Assembly: GCA_973895155.1 (NCBI GenBank)
Contig: OZ316894.1
Coordinates: 3,682,944 to 3,746,943, forward strand
Direction of reading: 5' to 3'
Origin: Marsupella aquatica
Lineage: Eukaryota > Plantae > Marchantiophyta
DNA length: 64,000 bases
The notes under the pieces are model-generated. The model ran no database searches, was not told the DNA's origin, and was given only the letters and a program-made list of their open reading frames with translations. Positions 47,720-60,712 of the stretch are shown here, piece by piece; positions within the stretch are counted from its first letter, which is position 1, and each line of letters begins with the position of its first letter. The position numbers and the translations under genes are program-made.

Positions 47720-50437
47720 ATGATGGGGGGGGGGGCATCCGGGCATAGGGAGACCTTGGTCCGGTTGCAGCGGTTCCTTTCTGGGGATTGGGCTTCGCTT
47801 CATGAGGAGTATTACCATAGGTTGTTAGCGATGGCCTCTCGGACCTCCGAGCCTGTCGAGGAGCCATCTGTCCCTCCAGTGCAGCGCAGGCTTCGCCAGT
47901 GCCTTCTTTTGGGGCAGGCTGGGGAGTTTTCTCGGGCCGCCCGCTCCTTGGTCCCCCTCTCCCCCTCTCCTCCATCCGCCGAGACCGTTCTTGCCTTACG
48001 GTCTCTTCATCCCCCGGCTGCATCCGAGGTTCCTTGTTTTCTCGGGAGCTTTACCCCAGAGACCGAGTTCTCCCTATCCCGTGAGGTGTTCTCCTCTATC
48101 TTCCTTCATCTACCCCGCCTATCCGCGGGCGGGATTTCTGGTATGAGGTTCGAGCACCTACGCGATTGCTTTTGTCCCGACGACTCGGCATCTGGTTTTT
48201 CTGAGTTGTTCCAGGTCTGTGCCCATGTTGCGGGGGGTCGTATTCCTCCTGTGGTCGCTCGGCTTTTGGGGGCCTGTCGGCTTCTGGCTATGGCCAAAGA
48301 GACTGGGGGTGTCAGGCCCCTGGCCATCGGGGAGGTCTTGTTTCGCTTGGTGAGTCGTGTTTGTCTGCAAACTCGGGCTCCCTTTTCATCACACTTTTTT
48401 CCTCACCAGTTTGGTGTGGCCACCCCTGGCGGTTGCGAGAGTGTGGTGCATGGCCTTCGTGCCATCTTGGATATCCACCCCGACTGGGCGGTTATTCAGG
48501 TGGATGTGGCTAACGCATTCAACTATGTATCCCGACGGGTCATGTTTGAGGAGTTGCGGGCCGCTGGAGGGGAGATCGCATCCCTCATCCCCTTCGCCCG
48601 GGCCTTCTATGGGGCCCCGACCCCCCTGGTTTACCCTGACCATCTTGTTCCTGGGTCCTACGTGACCATCTCATCCGAGTCCGGGACTAGGCAGGGTGAC
48701 CCCCTTGGTGGGGCGTTGTTTGCTATGGCGCACCTTCGTGCTATTCGTGCCTCTTCGGCTGCCTTCTCGGGCTGCATGTTTCCTTCTGTTGCGGATGACA
48801 CTCACATTGTTGCCCCGGTCTCGCTTGTTGGGGACGCCTATTCCCACTTTGTGGACCAGCTTACCCTCATTGGCCTTTCAGTTCAGCCTTGGAAGTGTGG
48901 GGTTTGGTCTCGTCTCCCCCTCCCCCACTCTTTCACCCCACCTCTTGGTATACCCATTCGGCTCGAGGGCATCCGAGTCCTTGGGGTGCCATTCGGGGGA
49001 GCGGTCTTTGAGTAGGATTTTCTTCTAGCTGCCCTATCCCAGGACGTATTGCATATTGACCAGTTGACGTCCTTGGGGGATGCCCAGATCTCCTTTTTGA
49101 TCCTGGTCCTTTGTTTTGTTCGGCGTCCTTCCTATCTTCTCCGGACTGTCCCTCCTACCGCGATGTTCCTGTCCTTACTCTCTTCATTTGACACCACTGC
49201 GATGAGAGTCTTTGGTCACCTCATTGGTCCGGGAGCCCTTGATGGAGAGGATGGTTCTTTTGCAGCTAGGCAGGCTGCGTTGCCCCCCTCGGGAGGTGGT
49301 ATGGGGGTGGCCTCGGCAGTGGACACTGCCCCCTGCGCGTTTCTTGGTAGTTGGGCGCAGGTGGCTCCTGCCCTGGCCTCCCGTTTCATTGTGGACCTTC
49401 GGCCTATCCTCTCTGACTCGGTCATGGGAGTGGAGAACGGAGCTCTCCCTTTTCAGATCCAGCTTCGTCATGCATGGTCATTATTGCCGGAAGACATGCA
49501 GAGCGTGGTCCCTGCTTTCGAGGGAGTTGTTTTGGACAGCCCGGATCGAGTCCAACAGGTGATTTCTGATCGCATGCACCAACATACCCTTTCCAGCATG
49601 CTTTCTGAGGCACCCTCGGATTTGGTACGGGCACGTCTTCTATCCGGTTCGGGCGCTGGTTCGTGGGCTTGGCTATCGGCGAGTCCTCTTTGGGCCCCCT
49701 TTCGTATGAGTTCTTTTATTTTTACCACATCCACGCGCCTTCGGTTGGGTCTTCCTCACCCTTGCCTCTTGGGTCAGCCCACTTGCATCTGTGGAGCGCC
49801 CCTTGATGGACGAGGCATTCACATTCTCAGGTGCGGTCATGGTAGTGAGAGGACTGCGACACACGACGACATTCGGGGCGTGGTGACGGCCATTGCCCGT
49901 GACTCTGGGTACCATGTCATGATGGAGCAGAGACATGTGTTACCTCCACGGGATGGGGTTTCTGATCGTTGTCGGGCAGATTTGGTATTCTCTCGCGCTG
50001 GTGTTTGTGCCCTTGGGGATGTCGTTGTTGCTGATCCGACTAGTGGGGCCAACGTGGCTTCAGCGGCTCATGTACCAGGCCATGCCGCTTCGAGGGCAGC
50101 TCGGCTGAAGGAGGAGGCCTATGCTGTGCGGTACCCTAGGGACCTCTTCTATCCATTTGCTGTGGAGGTCTTTGGGGCGCTACATCCATCCTTTGACCGT
50201 TTTCTTCGCTCTTGCGCAGTTCAGTACGTCGAGCGGAGGCCCTATCCCCCTGTGTCTGTCATCACTACATTCTTTCGTCAGAGGGTGTCTGTTGCGCTTC
50301 AGCGGGCACAGGCGTTCACTATTCTTTGTAGGGCGGAGGCTGTTGGTCTTAGGGCCGCTAGTAGGATTCCTTTGCTTGACCCCCCCATGCAGCTCACACT
50401 AGAGCTTTACCAGGCTCTCCAGTTTGCTGATAGGTAG
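47720..50437 (+). pseudogene. Single RT-RLE ORF interrupted by one in-frame TAG (49013-49015) and lacking its N-terminus
   Basis: ORFs 47720-49015 and 49049-50437 share one frame, and 49016-49048 is open (DFLLAALSQDV). The ATGs at 47720/47723 sit at the junction next to a G11 run. Confidence 0.85.
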
Positions 50438-50565
50438 GCGTTTGGGTTCCTGTCTTTGGGTTTGCTTTTCTTGGCCCCTTGGTGGTCTCCCCCCTTGATT
50501 GGGTCTTCTGCCTGAGGGATCATGTCTCCCGGTTCGGCGCCCTCTGTTTTTTGGCAGTTTGATAT
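47720..50565 (+). mobile_element. 5'-truncated CRE-like (RLE-type) non-LTR retrotransposon
   Basis: RT motifs GGVRPLAIGE, HQFGV, QVDVANAFN, GTRQGDPLGG, VADD and GIRVLGVPFG. A CCHC knuckle CICG...H...C follows, then RLE motifs R..THD, EQ...RADLV, DVVVADP, K..AY, PFAVEVFG and QRVSVALQRAQA. A ~130-bp 3' UTR ends near TTGGCAGTTTGATAT. The region is GC-rich relative to its flanks. Confidence 0.92.
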
Positions 50566-51464
50566 ATTATCATAGAACCAACATAGAACGACGAAGGAGT
50601 AACATGAACTGTAATGAGAGGAGAGGAGAGAGCCAGGAAGGGGTATAGGGTCTGATAGAGGATGGAGTTAAACAAACAAAGTTTACCATTGCAGGTACGA
50701 GGCAAGGGGCTCAAGAGGGGGCATACTGGCATATGTGGTGACTTTTGAACAAAATTTGCAGTTGGGCAAAACAAAATTTGCAGTTGGCAGGAGTGGCGTT
50801 TGCAAAAGGCTTGAATATGAGGTGTTCACCATCAATGGAGCCCCAATGTCTTCCTATGGGGAAAATTTTCCTATTGGCATTTGCATATGAGGCTTTTTTC
50901 CTGCCCAAGGTTTCCCTAATGGTTGTGTAGTTGGGTTCCTTGCACAGGATTTCCCTCTTGTCCCCCCCAAGTTACATTTATCTTGTGAATTTCCTTTGTG
51001 CTGGTTTCTACCTGTGATTGTTCTTCTTGATAATTTAGACCAGCCAGGCAAGAATGAGGTTTAAAATATTACCAATTTTGTATCCAATTTGACAAGTGCC
51101 TTGCTCTATTTGATGAAAATGTAGGAGTCTTGTTGTGAAGTCCTGGCTGTGTGTAGGAATCAATTAGTGAAGACAATCGATGCATGGATGGATCTACCAG
51201 GGACAAAGGAGTTTGGGGTGTTGCCAAGGCACCCGGCTTAAATCTGTTCCCTGGTTCCCTGGTTCCCTCACCCTTATGCTTTGCACTGTATTTTATTGCG
51301 CAGTACTCCCAAAATTGTTTTTTGGCTACCCAAAAAGACATGAAAGAGGATATCCTGGTGCCGTCTCAGTTTGCCCAATAAATAACTATAAAAAGTTCTG
51401 GACCCACTTAAAAGTTCTAGGGTACTTTTTCCTATAAATACAACGAATGTCCTAAGCATCTGAA

Positions 51465-51630
51465 TATACATATCACATTGCCAACAAGACAGGAACACCA
51501 AACTGCGAGAGACATGGTTCCAGAGGCAAAAAGACCCAATAAAGTTGGGGGGGGGGGGGGGGGGAGGAAAGAAGGCCCCAAGAATACCAACAGGTCCAAC
51601 AAGCCAACGAGTCCCCCTCAACAACAAGGG
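51465..51630 (-). mobile_element. CRE-like 3'-UTR remnant
   Basis: The reverse complement ATTGGGTCTTTTTGCCTCTGGAACCATGTCTCTCGCAGTTTGGTGTTCCTGTCTTGTTGGCAATGTGATAT aligns with 50498-50565. Confidence 0.65.
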
Positions 51631-52519
51631 AACAGACATAATAAGCAAAGAACCTACAAAGAATACATGAAGACTAACACCCTATTGGGCGGATAATTGA
51701 AAAGCCTGATAGATCTCAGGAGTAAACCAGGTAGGAAAGTCAGGAAGTGTAATCTGTTTACCTTGGCTCTACAAAAGGAGAGTAAAAGTCTGGGTCCACT
51801 GAAGTGCAACATACACCCTCCGTGGAAAGAAAACGGTGAATACAGAAACAAGGGAGAAAGGATTCAGTTCAATACAAAAAATTGCACATGCTCAAAGGAA
51901 GTGATCTAAGATAGGGCGAAAAGCAAAAGAGTTTAGGGTTTAAATATAAATATGAAGAACATTGGAAGAATATGAGTGTAAACATTGACTTTTCACTGCG
52001 TTACATAATATTCTGACCTTGACTTATTTCTGAAATGAAAAAATATTGAATGTCTCCTGGGATGACTTATTTCGCGAAATGAAATAGGTCTCCTGCGCAA
52101 ACTGGGATGACACTACGGTACAAGACATGTAGGGGATGCATGGATGGTGACGGGCGCCGCGCATGGAAGATGACTGATCCAGCATGGTACGCACAACACA
52201 TACATGCGTGAAGCATGGAGGCAGTGAGATGCAAAATACACGATGACATCAGCCTGCTTCACGTGGCGGGGCAGGACAGGTGCGTGGGCTGGAAAAAGGT
52301 CGGGAGAATACGAGGTGAAACAGAGTTCACCAGGATTGCGGTAATTTCGGAGCTGGGGGCGGGTTTTTACGGCGCCGGAAAGAGGGGAAGGCGAAAATGG
52401 ACGAGCGAGAGAAGACGAAGAAGCGCAGGGAGGATCGGGGGAGGATCGGAGTCTCAGAGTATCGGACAGGGGGGCATCGGCAGGGCCGCAGGGGAGAAGG
52501 CTGGGCAGTGAGACGGTCA

Positions 52520-52602
52520 CGAACCGAACAGGACCGAACAGAACAGAACAGAACAGAACGGGAAGGGACGGGACGGGACGGAACGGGACGGAACTGAACT
52601 GA
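52520..52602 (+). repeat. Compound pentanucleotide microsatellite (GAACA/GAACC/GGACG/GAACT)
   Basis: Directly visible 5-bp period over ~80 bp. Confidence 0.85.
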
Positions 52603-54912
52603 GGAAAAAGCTATGGAGGACTGATGAATGTCGTGTCTGGGAGAGTACGCGACGCTGAAGATGATGAGTACTTTTTGAGGAGTGGTACTAGAAAGAGGGG
52701 GCTGAGTGGGGATGGATGGGGTTCAGATTTTGGGGGAGGAAATCCAGGAGATGGCCGAGATTGGAGAGGTGATGAGGGCAGGGGCATTTTGGGAAGAGTA
52801 GTGCGCAGCTCAGACGGAGAGAGGCAGAGTGGCAGAGAGAGAGAGAGAGAGAATGAGAGCGTGGTGAACGAAAGGTATGGTGGTCGTGTAAGTGGGGTGG
52901 AATGGAGGGAAGAATGGTAGCATTCACGGGGGGCTGGCGGTAGCGGAGAATGCAGATGGCTGGGCGCCTTGAGATTCGGGATTTGGCGGAGGAGGAAGAA
53001 AGGCGGCGGAGATGGAGGGGGTTGAGGGAAAGGTAAAGAGGGCTTGGGGTGCCGACAGTACCACGAACACAGAGAGAGAGAGAGGGGAGACAAAAGGATG
53101 TGGTGGTGGTGACGAAAGTGGAGGGAGAGAGGCGGAGGGGAATGAATTTGGGGAAGGCGGCGGAGATGGAGAAGGCATCTAGGAAGTGCGATTGATGAAT
53201 GAAATTGGTTGTTATTCGCCGAGGACTAGAACGTAATAATGGGGGAGAGCCCAGCCAGCCAGCCCACACGAGGATGTCGTAAAGACTGTGGCAGGCAGGA
53301 GGCAATGGGGAGTTAGAGCCTGAATGGATTGAGTGATGAGTACCGGTATTGGTAGCCAGACGTACAGGACTGTACATTTGAGAGAACGGAGCAACTGATG
53401 AGAGCCTTTGGGGGCAGAGTGAGTGCGAGATAGAAAAGGCGGCGGAGGGGCGGAGTGTGGAAGCGATTAAAGGCCAAGGGGGGGTGGTCGTTCCGTCTCT
53501 CGCTCTCTCCCTGGGCGGTATTGTAAAGAAAGACATTGCGGTGGTAGACCGTAGAGCGATTCGGTTCAAAGGAAGCCGAGATAAGCGAGAGCACATCACT
53601 AAAGGAGAGATCACCGTCTGTGGGAAAATTTTAGTTTACATCCGTTTATCCATCCGCCCATACACGAATAAAGGCGGCGGAGATTGGAGCGGATTTTGCA
53701 GAAGGTTGCAGCGGGACGAGGAGGATGGTTTCCTGCACTGCCCGCTAATAAATGGGATGGTTTGTATCCACATCAGAGAGAGGATGTCACTGTAAAGTAG
53801 CATAGGGGAGAAGAAAGAGAAAGAGAGAAGAGAGAACAAGAGCGTGATCTCGCAGTCTGGATCCCTCTTTCCGCCTGCTGCCTGTCCCGTCTCTCTAGCG
53901 TCTCTCTAGATTGCAGAGCCAGCCAGAGAAAGTACACCGGTCCAGTATAGGTATGGCTAGAAGTAGCATACCTAGTAGTATACGATTGAGAGAGAGAGAA
54001 GAGAGAGCCAAAGTGTGAGAGAGAAAGAGAGAGGGGGAGAGAGAGAGAGGATCAGGCGGACACCAGGCACGTTGAATGAGGGCGGCATTCTGGTAGTAAG
54101 AGAATGAAAGATGGCCACTGTAGTAGTAGTAATGCGCAGTCTTGAGCTGCCATGTGCTGATCAAGACCCCAAGGGCTCCAATGACTGCGAGGTTCAGTAT
54201 ATCAACTGTGGATTCGAATCTCGACTCCACCACTGTTACTGCTCCTCTCTGGTGCTTTCTGCCTCCTCCTCCTTCCGACAGCAGCACCTGGTCGCTCTTA
54301 GGAAGGCACGAGAGGAGTGTTAAATGCGACTGAGAGGATCAAGGAGGATCAAGCTTTTAGTTTTCTTCATTCTTCTCCTTCCCTCACTTTCCACATGGAG
54401 CTCGAATCTGTTACCAATGGCATCAGTATTGCCTGACTCATTTTGACGTAAGCATTGATCTGGTACAGTATTTGGGTCTCGCCTATATAGATCCCAAACG
54501 AGACTCGCAATCTGCAGAATTCTCTGTCCTGCCCATAAATCTACAGAGAGCGCTGTCTCAATACTTCGTAGGTGAGGGAGAAGCAGCATCCGCTGCTGTG
54601 TCTAGTCTCGACTTGTCTGTTCTCGGAGGAAGAGCTGAGACAAGTTAACGAATTCTCAAGTTTTCTCGGATTCTCGTTGGCAAAGGTGCATCCCAAGAAC
54701 GTGAAGGAGCTGTGAGAGCATGGTGACTGAGATTCGTTAAGTGGCAGTAAAAGAAGAGAAGGAACGGAAGAGTGGGGAGGGGCCTATGGTGCTACTGAGA
54801 CTGCTGCCGCCAAGAATTCCGGAGCAGAGATAGGTACTCATTCGCTGGCAAGAGAACGAGCCAGATACTAGACAGAGAGCCGCTCTCGCAGGTTTCTAGT
54901 AGGGAAAGAATC

Positions 54913-56996
54913 ATGACAATGGGGACAGTGGTCCCTATGGCCCAGGGTGCTGAGGAGGTCGTGGTGAGATACTACAACAACGAAACTGATCTGGCGAGGG
55001 TAGTCGATTGGGAACGCAAATGCGAAGCAGGCCCCGGCGGTCAGATAGCACTGCTGCAGGACGTTCTGGGAGATCCACTCTGCCGTGTTCGACATTTCCC
55101 CACCTACTCCATGCTGGTAAAAACCCTCTTCCTTTAACCACGAGCCTCCCGACTCAAACATAACCCCTTGGTCTGTTCAGCCTCCACTTTTCTCCTTGTT
55201 TCCTTATCAATACTGGATTGTGGTCGCATATCTAGACACCGAGCTGCTCATTGTATACTCCGCATGAATAGTCTCGGAATTCCCCCTGCCGCGACTTTTC
55301 CCGATTTGATTACGAGATTTTCAAAATCCGTCGTCTACCCCTTCTCGTTCTCCCTCCAGTGTCCTACCCTTAATTTCCCTACATCTGGCTCAGGGTGGCC
55401 GGAATTTGCAAGTTGTTTTGGTAGGTCTTGCAAAGGTCAATCTTGTTGTCTTCTCTACCTCTAGACCTAACTGTTCACCCGGGAATCGTTGAATGTCTTC
55501 GCATCAGTCCACCAGAGACTTCCACTGTTTTTCTTGAATTGTTTGCGTCTGTTTTTCCCACTCGAACGTCCCAACAGAGTGCCGAATTTATTTGAACCCA
55601 AGGTCTCTTCCGTCCTACATGTCACGAGATGTGGAGTGATTACTAAAGATCAATGTGTCTGCATTTGCAGGTGGCCGAAATTGGTACTGAGATTGTGGGT
55701 GTAATTAGAGCCGGAATCAAAGTTCTAGTCTGCGGAAAGAAAAGTGTCTCGGCAATCACTCCGTGTGGTCGCTCTCTAACTTCGGTAGATGTCCCAGTCT
55801 ACACCCGAGCTGGATACATCCTGGGGCTCCGCGTCTCTGCCGCGCACAGGTAATTAAATTTCTCGATTTCTGCATCCAAGACTTCCCACTTTTTGATGAT
55901 TTTCCTTGAAAGTTTTGGAGAGCCTTCTAAAGCCGAGGTGTATCGTTTCTACGGTTGTCGCCTTTCACATTGCTATGAATCGTACTCATTGGAGTTCCAT
56001 TTTGCTCTGTTCAGGAGGATGGGCATTGGTCACAAACTTGCGGTAAAGATGGAAGATTGGTGCAAAGAAGAAGGAGCCGAGTACGTCTACTTCGCCACAA
56101 CCAAAGACAATGAGGCCTCAGTCAAGCTATTCACGAAGAGGCTAGAATATGAGCCGTTTAGAAACCCGGCGATTTTGATCCAACCCGTGTTCGTGAACTC
56201 TCGGCCAGCCCCCTCTCACGTAGAGTTTACCAAGCTCAGCCCCGAGGCCGCCATAGCCTTCTACCGGTCCCGGCTGGGCACGCAGGAGTTTTTTCCCGAG
56301 GACATTGATAAAGTGCTAAACAGCAAGCTCTGCGCAGGCACGTGGGTGGCTACTCTGAGGAAAGATCGACAAGGGGGACGATTTTGCTGTGGTGGGTCTT
56401 GCCGGGTTAGCGAGAGCATGGGGTCCATCGAGGAGTCGTTCGCTGGATGTGACCAAGGGATGACTCTTCCCGAGTCATGGGCCGTGCTCAGCTTATGGAA
56501 ATGCAACGAAATCTTTAAGCTGGAGGTGAAAGGAGTTTCGCTGGTGAAAAGGTCTCTTGCCTATATGTCTCGAGTAGCCGAGAAGGCTTTACCATGGTTT
56601 CGCATTCCGTCCATTCCTGACCTTTTCACTTCCTTCGGAATGCAATTCATGTTCGGATTAAACGCCGAGGGCTCCAAGGGGCACGAGCTCATGACATCTC
56701 TCTGCTGGCACGCACACAACCAATCTCGCGAGCTGGGCTGCCAGATGCTCATGACTGAGGTCGGCGCTGCCGACCCACTCAAGAAGTGCATCCCGCACTG
56801 GAATATGTTCTCGTCCGACGATGATCTCTGGTGCGTCAAGCGACTGGCAACGTCACCAGCAAACCATACAGCGAAGGACTCGAGGGGTGAACTGCAACTG
56901 CAACCACATCTTAGAAGATCATCCGAGAATTCAACGGACTGGAGCAGGGCCCCTGCAGTACCGGGGACCTTGTTCGTGGATCCCAGAGATGTGTAG
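54913..56996 (+). CDS. HLS1: HOOKLESS1-like GNAT-family N-acetyltransferase, ~454 aa, 3 exons
   Basis: Exons 54913-55116, 55671-55849 and 56015-56996 (GT-AG, phases consistent). Motifs DVLGDPLCRVRHFP.YSMLVAE, GYILGLRVS..HRRMGIG.KL, GAEY.Y.AT..DNEASVKLFT and the C-terminal LFVDPRD match the HLS1 family. One-to-one orthology is not established. Confidence 0.93.
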
Positions 56997-59176
56997 CGAA
57001 GAGTTCAGTGCAGCGTAGGAGTAGGCTTAGTGCAGTTTAGGACATAGATTAGTTAGATACCCACCCGTCCGACCGCCGCTCGTTGTCCCATGTAAAATAG
57101 AGGAGAGATTGTACATTAGCCCGGCCGGAAGCCAATCAACCAACCGCCAACCAGCGAGAAGAGACACCGCAGGCAACCAGTATATTTTGTAACATGCCTG
57201 ATTGCGCTCGACCTTTTGAGTGCAGTCTTATTCTTGATTCGATTCGCCCTTCGCCGAACCGTTTCCACACTCCAAAACTCTCTCGTCTCGCCCTGGTTCC
57301 TCCCTTATGATGATGATGATGATGATTTTGTCTGGTGTACCGTGTCCATTGATGTGAATTCCGTCCTGTCCTGTCCGGGTCTAATTTTGATCACCCTGGT
57401 TTTCCGTATTGACGGAGTAGGTTTGCAATTTCGATTGCCATGCAACCGGAATCATTCTGTTTTTCCCCAGCGCTTAAATTGCCAGTTTTCTTCAAGAATT
57501 CGTCAATTTCGTTTGCCTCTTCCCAGTTGCGGGGGAGGGGGCCAGAAAGGGTTTACCTTGTGCCACTACAAGCGTAGGACAAACCGGCGAGATTTCTCGA
57601 ATTCAGTTTTATTAGAATCCTGGGCGATTCACTCGGGAATCCGTGTTAATTCAGATACCACCAACTGTATTTTTAGAAATGATGATGCAGAGACAGGAGT
57701 TCAGTGTCAATGATGAGGAGCATCAGAATGGAAGTCAAGGGGAGTGGGTGGAGAGTGTCATGTGGGTTTGAGGTTTTACCGAGGCTGGGAATGGAAAAGT
57801 TCCTAATACGATATTTGATAGAATTTCTCAGGAATGATGATGGCTAAGATGTGGAGATTCAATAATGATGAGTATATTTGGGAGAAAAGGGGGGGGGGGG
57901 GCGGGCGGGGGGGCGGGAGAGGGCGGTGGCCGAGGTCAGTTTGTCGACGTGTGAGAATAGCTTTGGTTATCATCATGGCTGCGATGAAAAATTTAGTGTT
58001 TCTCACAGGCTCTCTCTCGAAAGTGGTTTGCACGCGGCGGTTTGAGGTGGTGGGGAAGAGGTTGTTATGGCCGGGGACGAACTTAAAAGGTAAATTACGT
58101 TGCCATCATTACAGGCCCGATATGAGGGGAACTCATTGCCCGGATAAGAGAGGGCAGATGGATATCTGCAGTTCCGACCAAACAAAGCTGGCTGTGTCCC
58201 GACTGGTGCTTCCGCTGCATGGGATCGATGATGGACTTCGCAGCCTTTTCTCCATCAAAAGCAATGCCTGTTTGCGTACTTAGCTTTCGAAAGTCATGGT
58301 CGATCACTAACGTCTCCGCTTATTGGCGCGTGATGTGTGACACTGACGGTAAGCGTGAAGCCTCTCTTCTCTGAGTGTGGTCATCACGGTGGCAAACTTG
58401 CCGTCACGAACGTTCTCACCATCGTGGCATTGTCAGCTTTCTTAATCGGGGCGTTACTCACCACTCAGATCCATAGCTGTTGCATTTTTGCTAAGCTGGG
58501 CCTCCGATTGCAATCATGGAAGCTGGACTTCAATGGAGTAGCTCTCCAAGAGCTATTTTCCCTAGGAGAGCATGAAATTGTCAAAATCTTCTGGATAGTC
58601 TTTGCATAATGGCACATCCTGTCTGGGATGGGATGGCATGCATCATCCAGTGCACTTGATGTGATGTCCTACTGACTGACTGCCTGACTGACTACCACTC
58701 TATTCCCTGCTGCGATCATTGCGTGCCCCTCGTAGACCGTCATAATTACAAACTCGATTCAACGCCATACTGTTATCATATTTTATTATCATCATCGTGC
58801 ACTATTCAGTCTTAACAAACGGGATATCGACCTCTCCCTTGGGTTTTGTGAGTTCGTTCCACGATCGTTTTCCGATCCAGCTGTGTTTCCCAACACCCTC
58901 ACTTCTAAACTCCACAGTTTCAATTTCTTGCAACGTGGACCGGACGAACTCCACGCTTTTCATCCTCGTTCAGAATCCCACCCACTTCATCTAATTTCTG
59001 CCCTCTTCGTTCTCATGAACTGAGAACTGTTTCGTCAACGAACAAGCGCAAATCAGCAAAAATCATTCCATCCCTCTCGTGCGAACCGTTTTGACAATCG
59101 TATGACTGATCTGTCTCTAATCTCCACTTGTTTCCACAGTCTCAGTACCGCATGCATGAATCGAGAGCTGCAAAAC

Positions 59177-59313
59177 TGCACCGCCAACTTCGGAAACAAT
59201 CTCACAATGCGCGCATCTGTTAACACCGCCAACTTCGGAAACAAGATCTCAATGCTCTCATCAGTTAACACCACCAACTACGGAATCAAGCTCCCAATGC
59301 TCCCATCGGTGAA
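59177..59313 (+). repeat. 45-bp tandem repeat, 3 units
   Basis: CACC(G/A)CCAACT(T/A)CGGAA.CAA..TC.CAATGC.C.CATC.GT occurs three times. Confidence 0.8.
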
Positions 59314-59564
59314 CAAGACGAAGGGCACGATCAAGAAGAACTTAAATTCTATTTCATCACTACAATCTTAGACACATACATTTTGAGGACTTGAAGTGGA
59401 TTCACGAATTCAGTTCACTCTAAAAGAAACCCCAATTCATGAGAAGTGCATTCAGTTCAATCTGATTGGCTGTGATATGTCGCATTATTATTATTAGCCA
59501 GTGTGTCCAGACCCAAAAGAGGTGAGGACATTGAAGCCCTTTGCACAATTTTCAGAGACTCACT

Positions 59565-59915
59565 CGGCTTGCGCCCCTAATTTCAGTTACGTCCCCTACC
59601 AAAATGCTGTCCAAAGGTCCCATTCCAGAACAGAGTGAGTGTCTGAAGGCATTAACTCTAAAAAACTAATCCCTTAATATTAGGATCTCATCCTGCCTTC
59701 AATGCTCCCTTTCCACTTGCACCACTAACTTTGGTTATGCTCCGAGAATCACACTTGCACCCCTAACTTCAGCTATGCCCCGGGGGTCACACTTGTAACC
59801 CTAACTTTGCACCCCTAATTTCAGTTATGTTCCCGGAGTCAGTGTCTAGATGTTTCATTCCACATAAACCAGTGAGTGTCTGAGTTCACTCTAAAAAATA
59901 AGCCCTCAATAGTAG
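59565..59915 (+). repeat. Degenerate ~39-bp tandem units plus a longer local duplication
   Basis: TTGCACCCCTAA(C/T)TTCAG(C/T)TATG units recur. CATTCCA...AGTGAGTGTCTGA...ACTCTAAAAAA occurs at ~59620 and ~59855. Confidence 0.65.
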
Positions 59916-60627
59916 CTTTTGATAAGATTATGTGCAGGAGATTATGCTATTAGAAGATTGACTCCCGAACCCAAGAAACCCTCGAGAGTAACTTTTGATC
60001 ACGATTCCAGCTAAATTAGGCTATTTTAACAGAATAACACAGATCACTAAGTCTAGGACGTAGGCCTGCATGGTAGTTTTGATATCAATTATATAGTTAG
60101 ATTACGTGATTTAACAGAATAATACGAAGCAGTAAGTTTTGAGATAAAATGGAGGCTGCGAGTCATGTGGGCTCTACTAAAACTGGGAGCTTCTAAAAAT
60201 AGTGGAGGCATTCATTTTGACAGAATAATAATTAAGTAGGCCGACAAACAAAGCCTGCGCTCGTGAGGGTCTGATGCCGTCTGCACAGTCGCTTGTCGGT
60301 TGCAGTAATTATCGCACAATAATTAAAGCGCAGTTAGCGATGCATTCTTACGCATGAGATGAGTCATGTGATGGCATGTGAACCGTTGGAAGCCGGTTTG
60401 GGACGGTGAGGATAGCATACTGTACCTGTGAATTAATCTGGTCAGGAGGAATTTCACGACAACATTATTACCAGACACAGTTTTCACACATGTGCATTAA
60501 CGCTAGAGGGGCAGTTTTGGAATTGGGTTCCATGAAGGTATGCCTCGTCGTCCCCCCTCCAACCTTTCGGCCCCGTACCCTTGTTTTAACTTTCTGGGTT
60601 ATTTGAGTTGTCCCCTTCTGAGTTATA

Positions 60628-60712
60628 GCTTTTTTTAGTGGAGAAGATTAGCGAAATTTCTCTTCACAAAAGGTCTTGGTCTATTACTGGCCATAAATTA
60701 GACGAATTTTTG
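60628..60712 (+). mobile_element. Decayed left end of a relative of the 18486-20764 TIR element
   Basis: TTTTTTTAGTGGAGAAGATTAGCGAAATTTC...CAAAAGGTCTT...TGGCCATAAATT is colinear with 18491-18572. Confidence 0.4.

Noticed and set aside
49013-49015. Programmed stop-codon readthrough between the RT and RLE parts
   Set aside because: The context lacks a CARYYA readthrough signal and RLE elements normally use one continuous ORF. A point mutation is simpler.
52611-53614. 308-aa and 160-aa minus-strand Pro/Ser/Leu-rich ORFs
   Set aside because: They arise from GA/CT low-complexity sequence that lacks stops, and show no domain signature.
57216-58283. 165-aa and 149-aa ORFs downstream of HLS1
   Set aside because: They include (GAT)n and poly-G runs in the probable 3' UTR or flank, with no coding signature.
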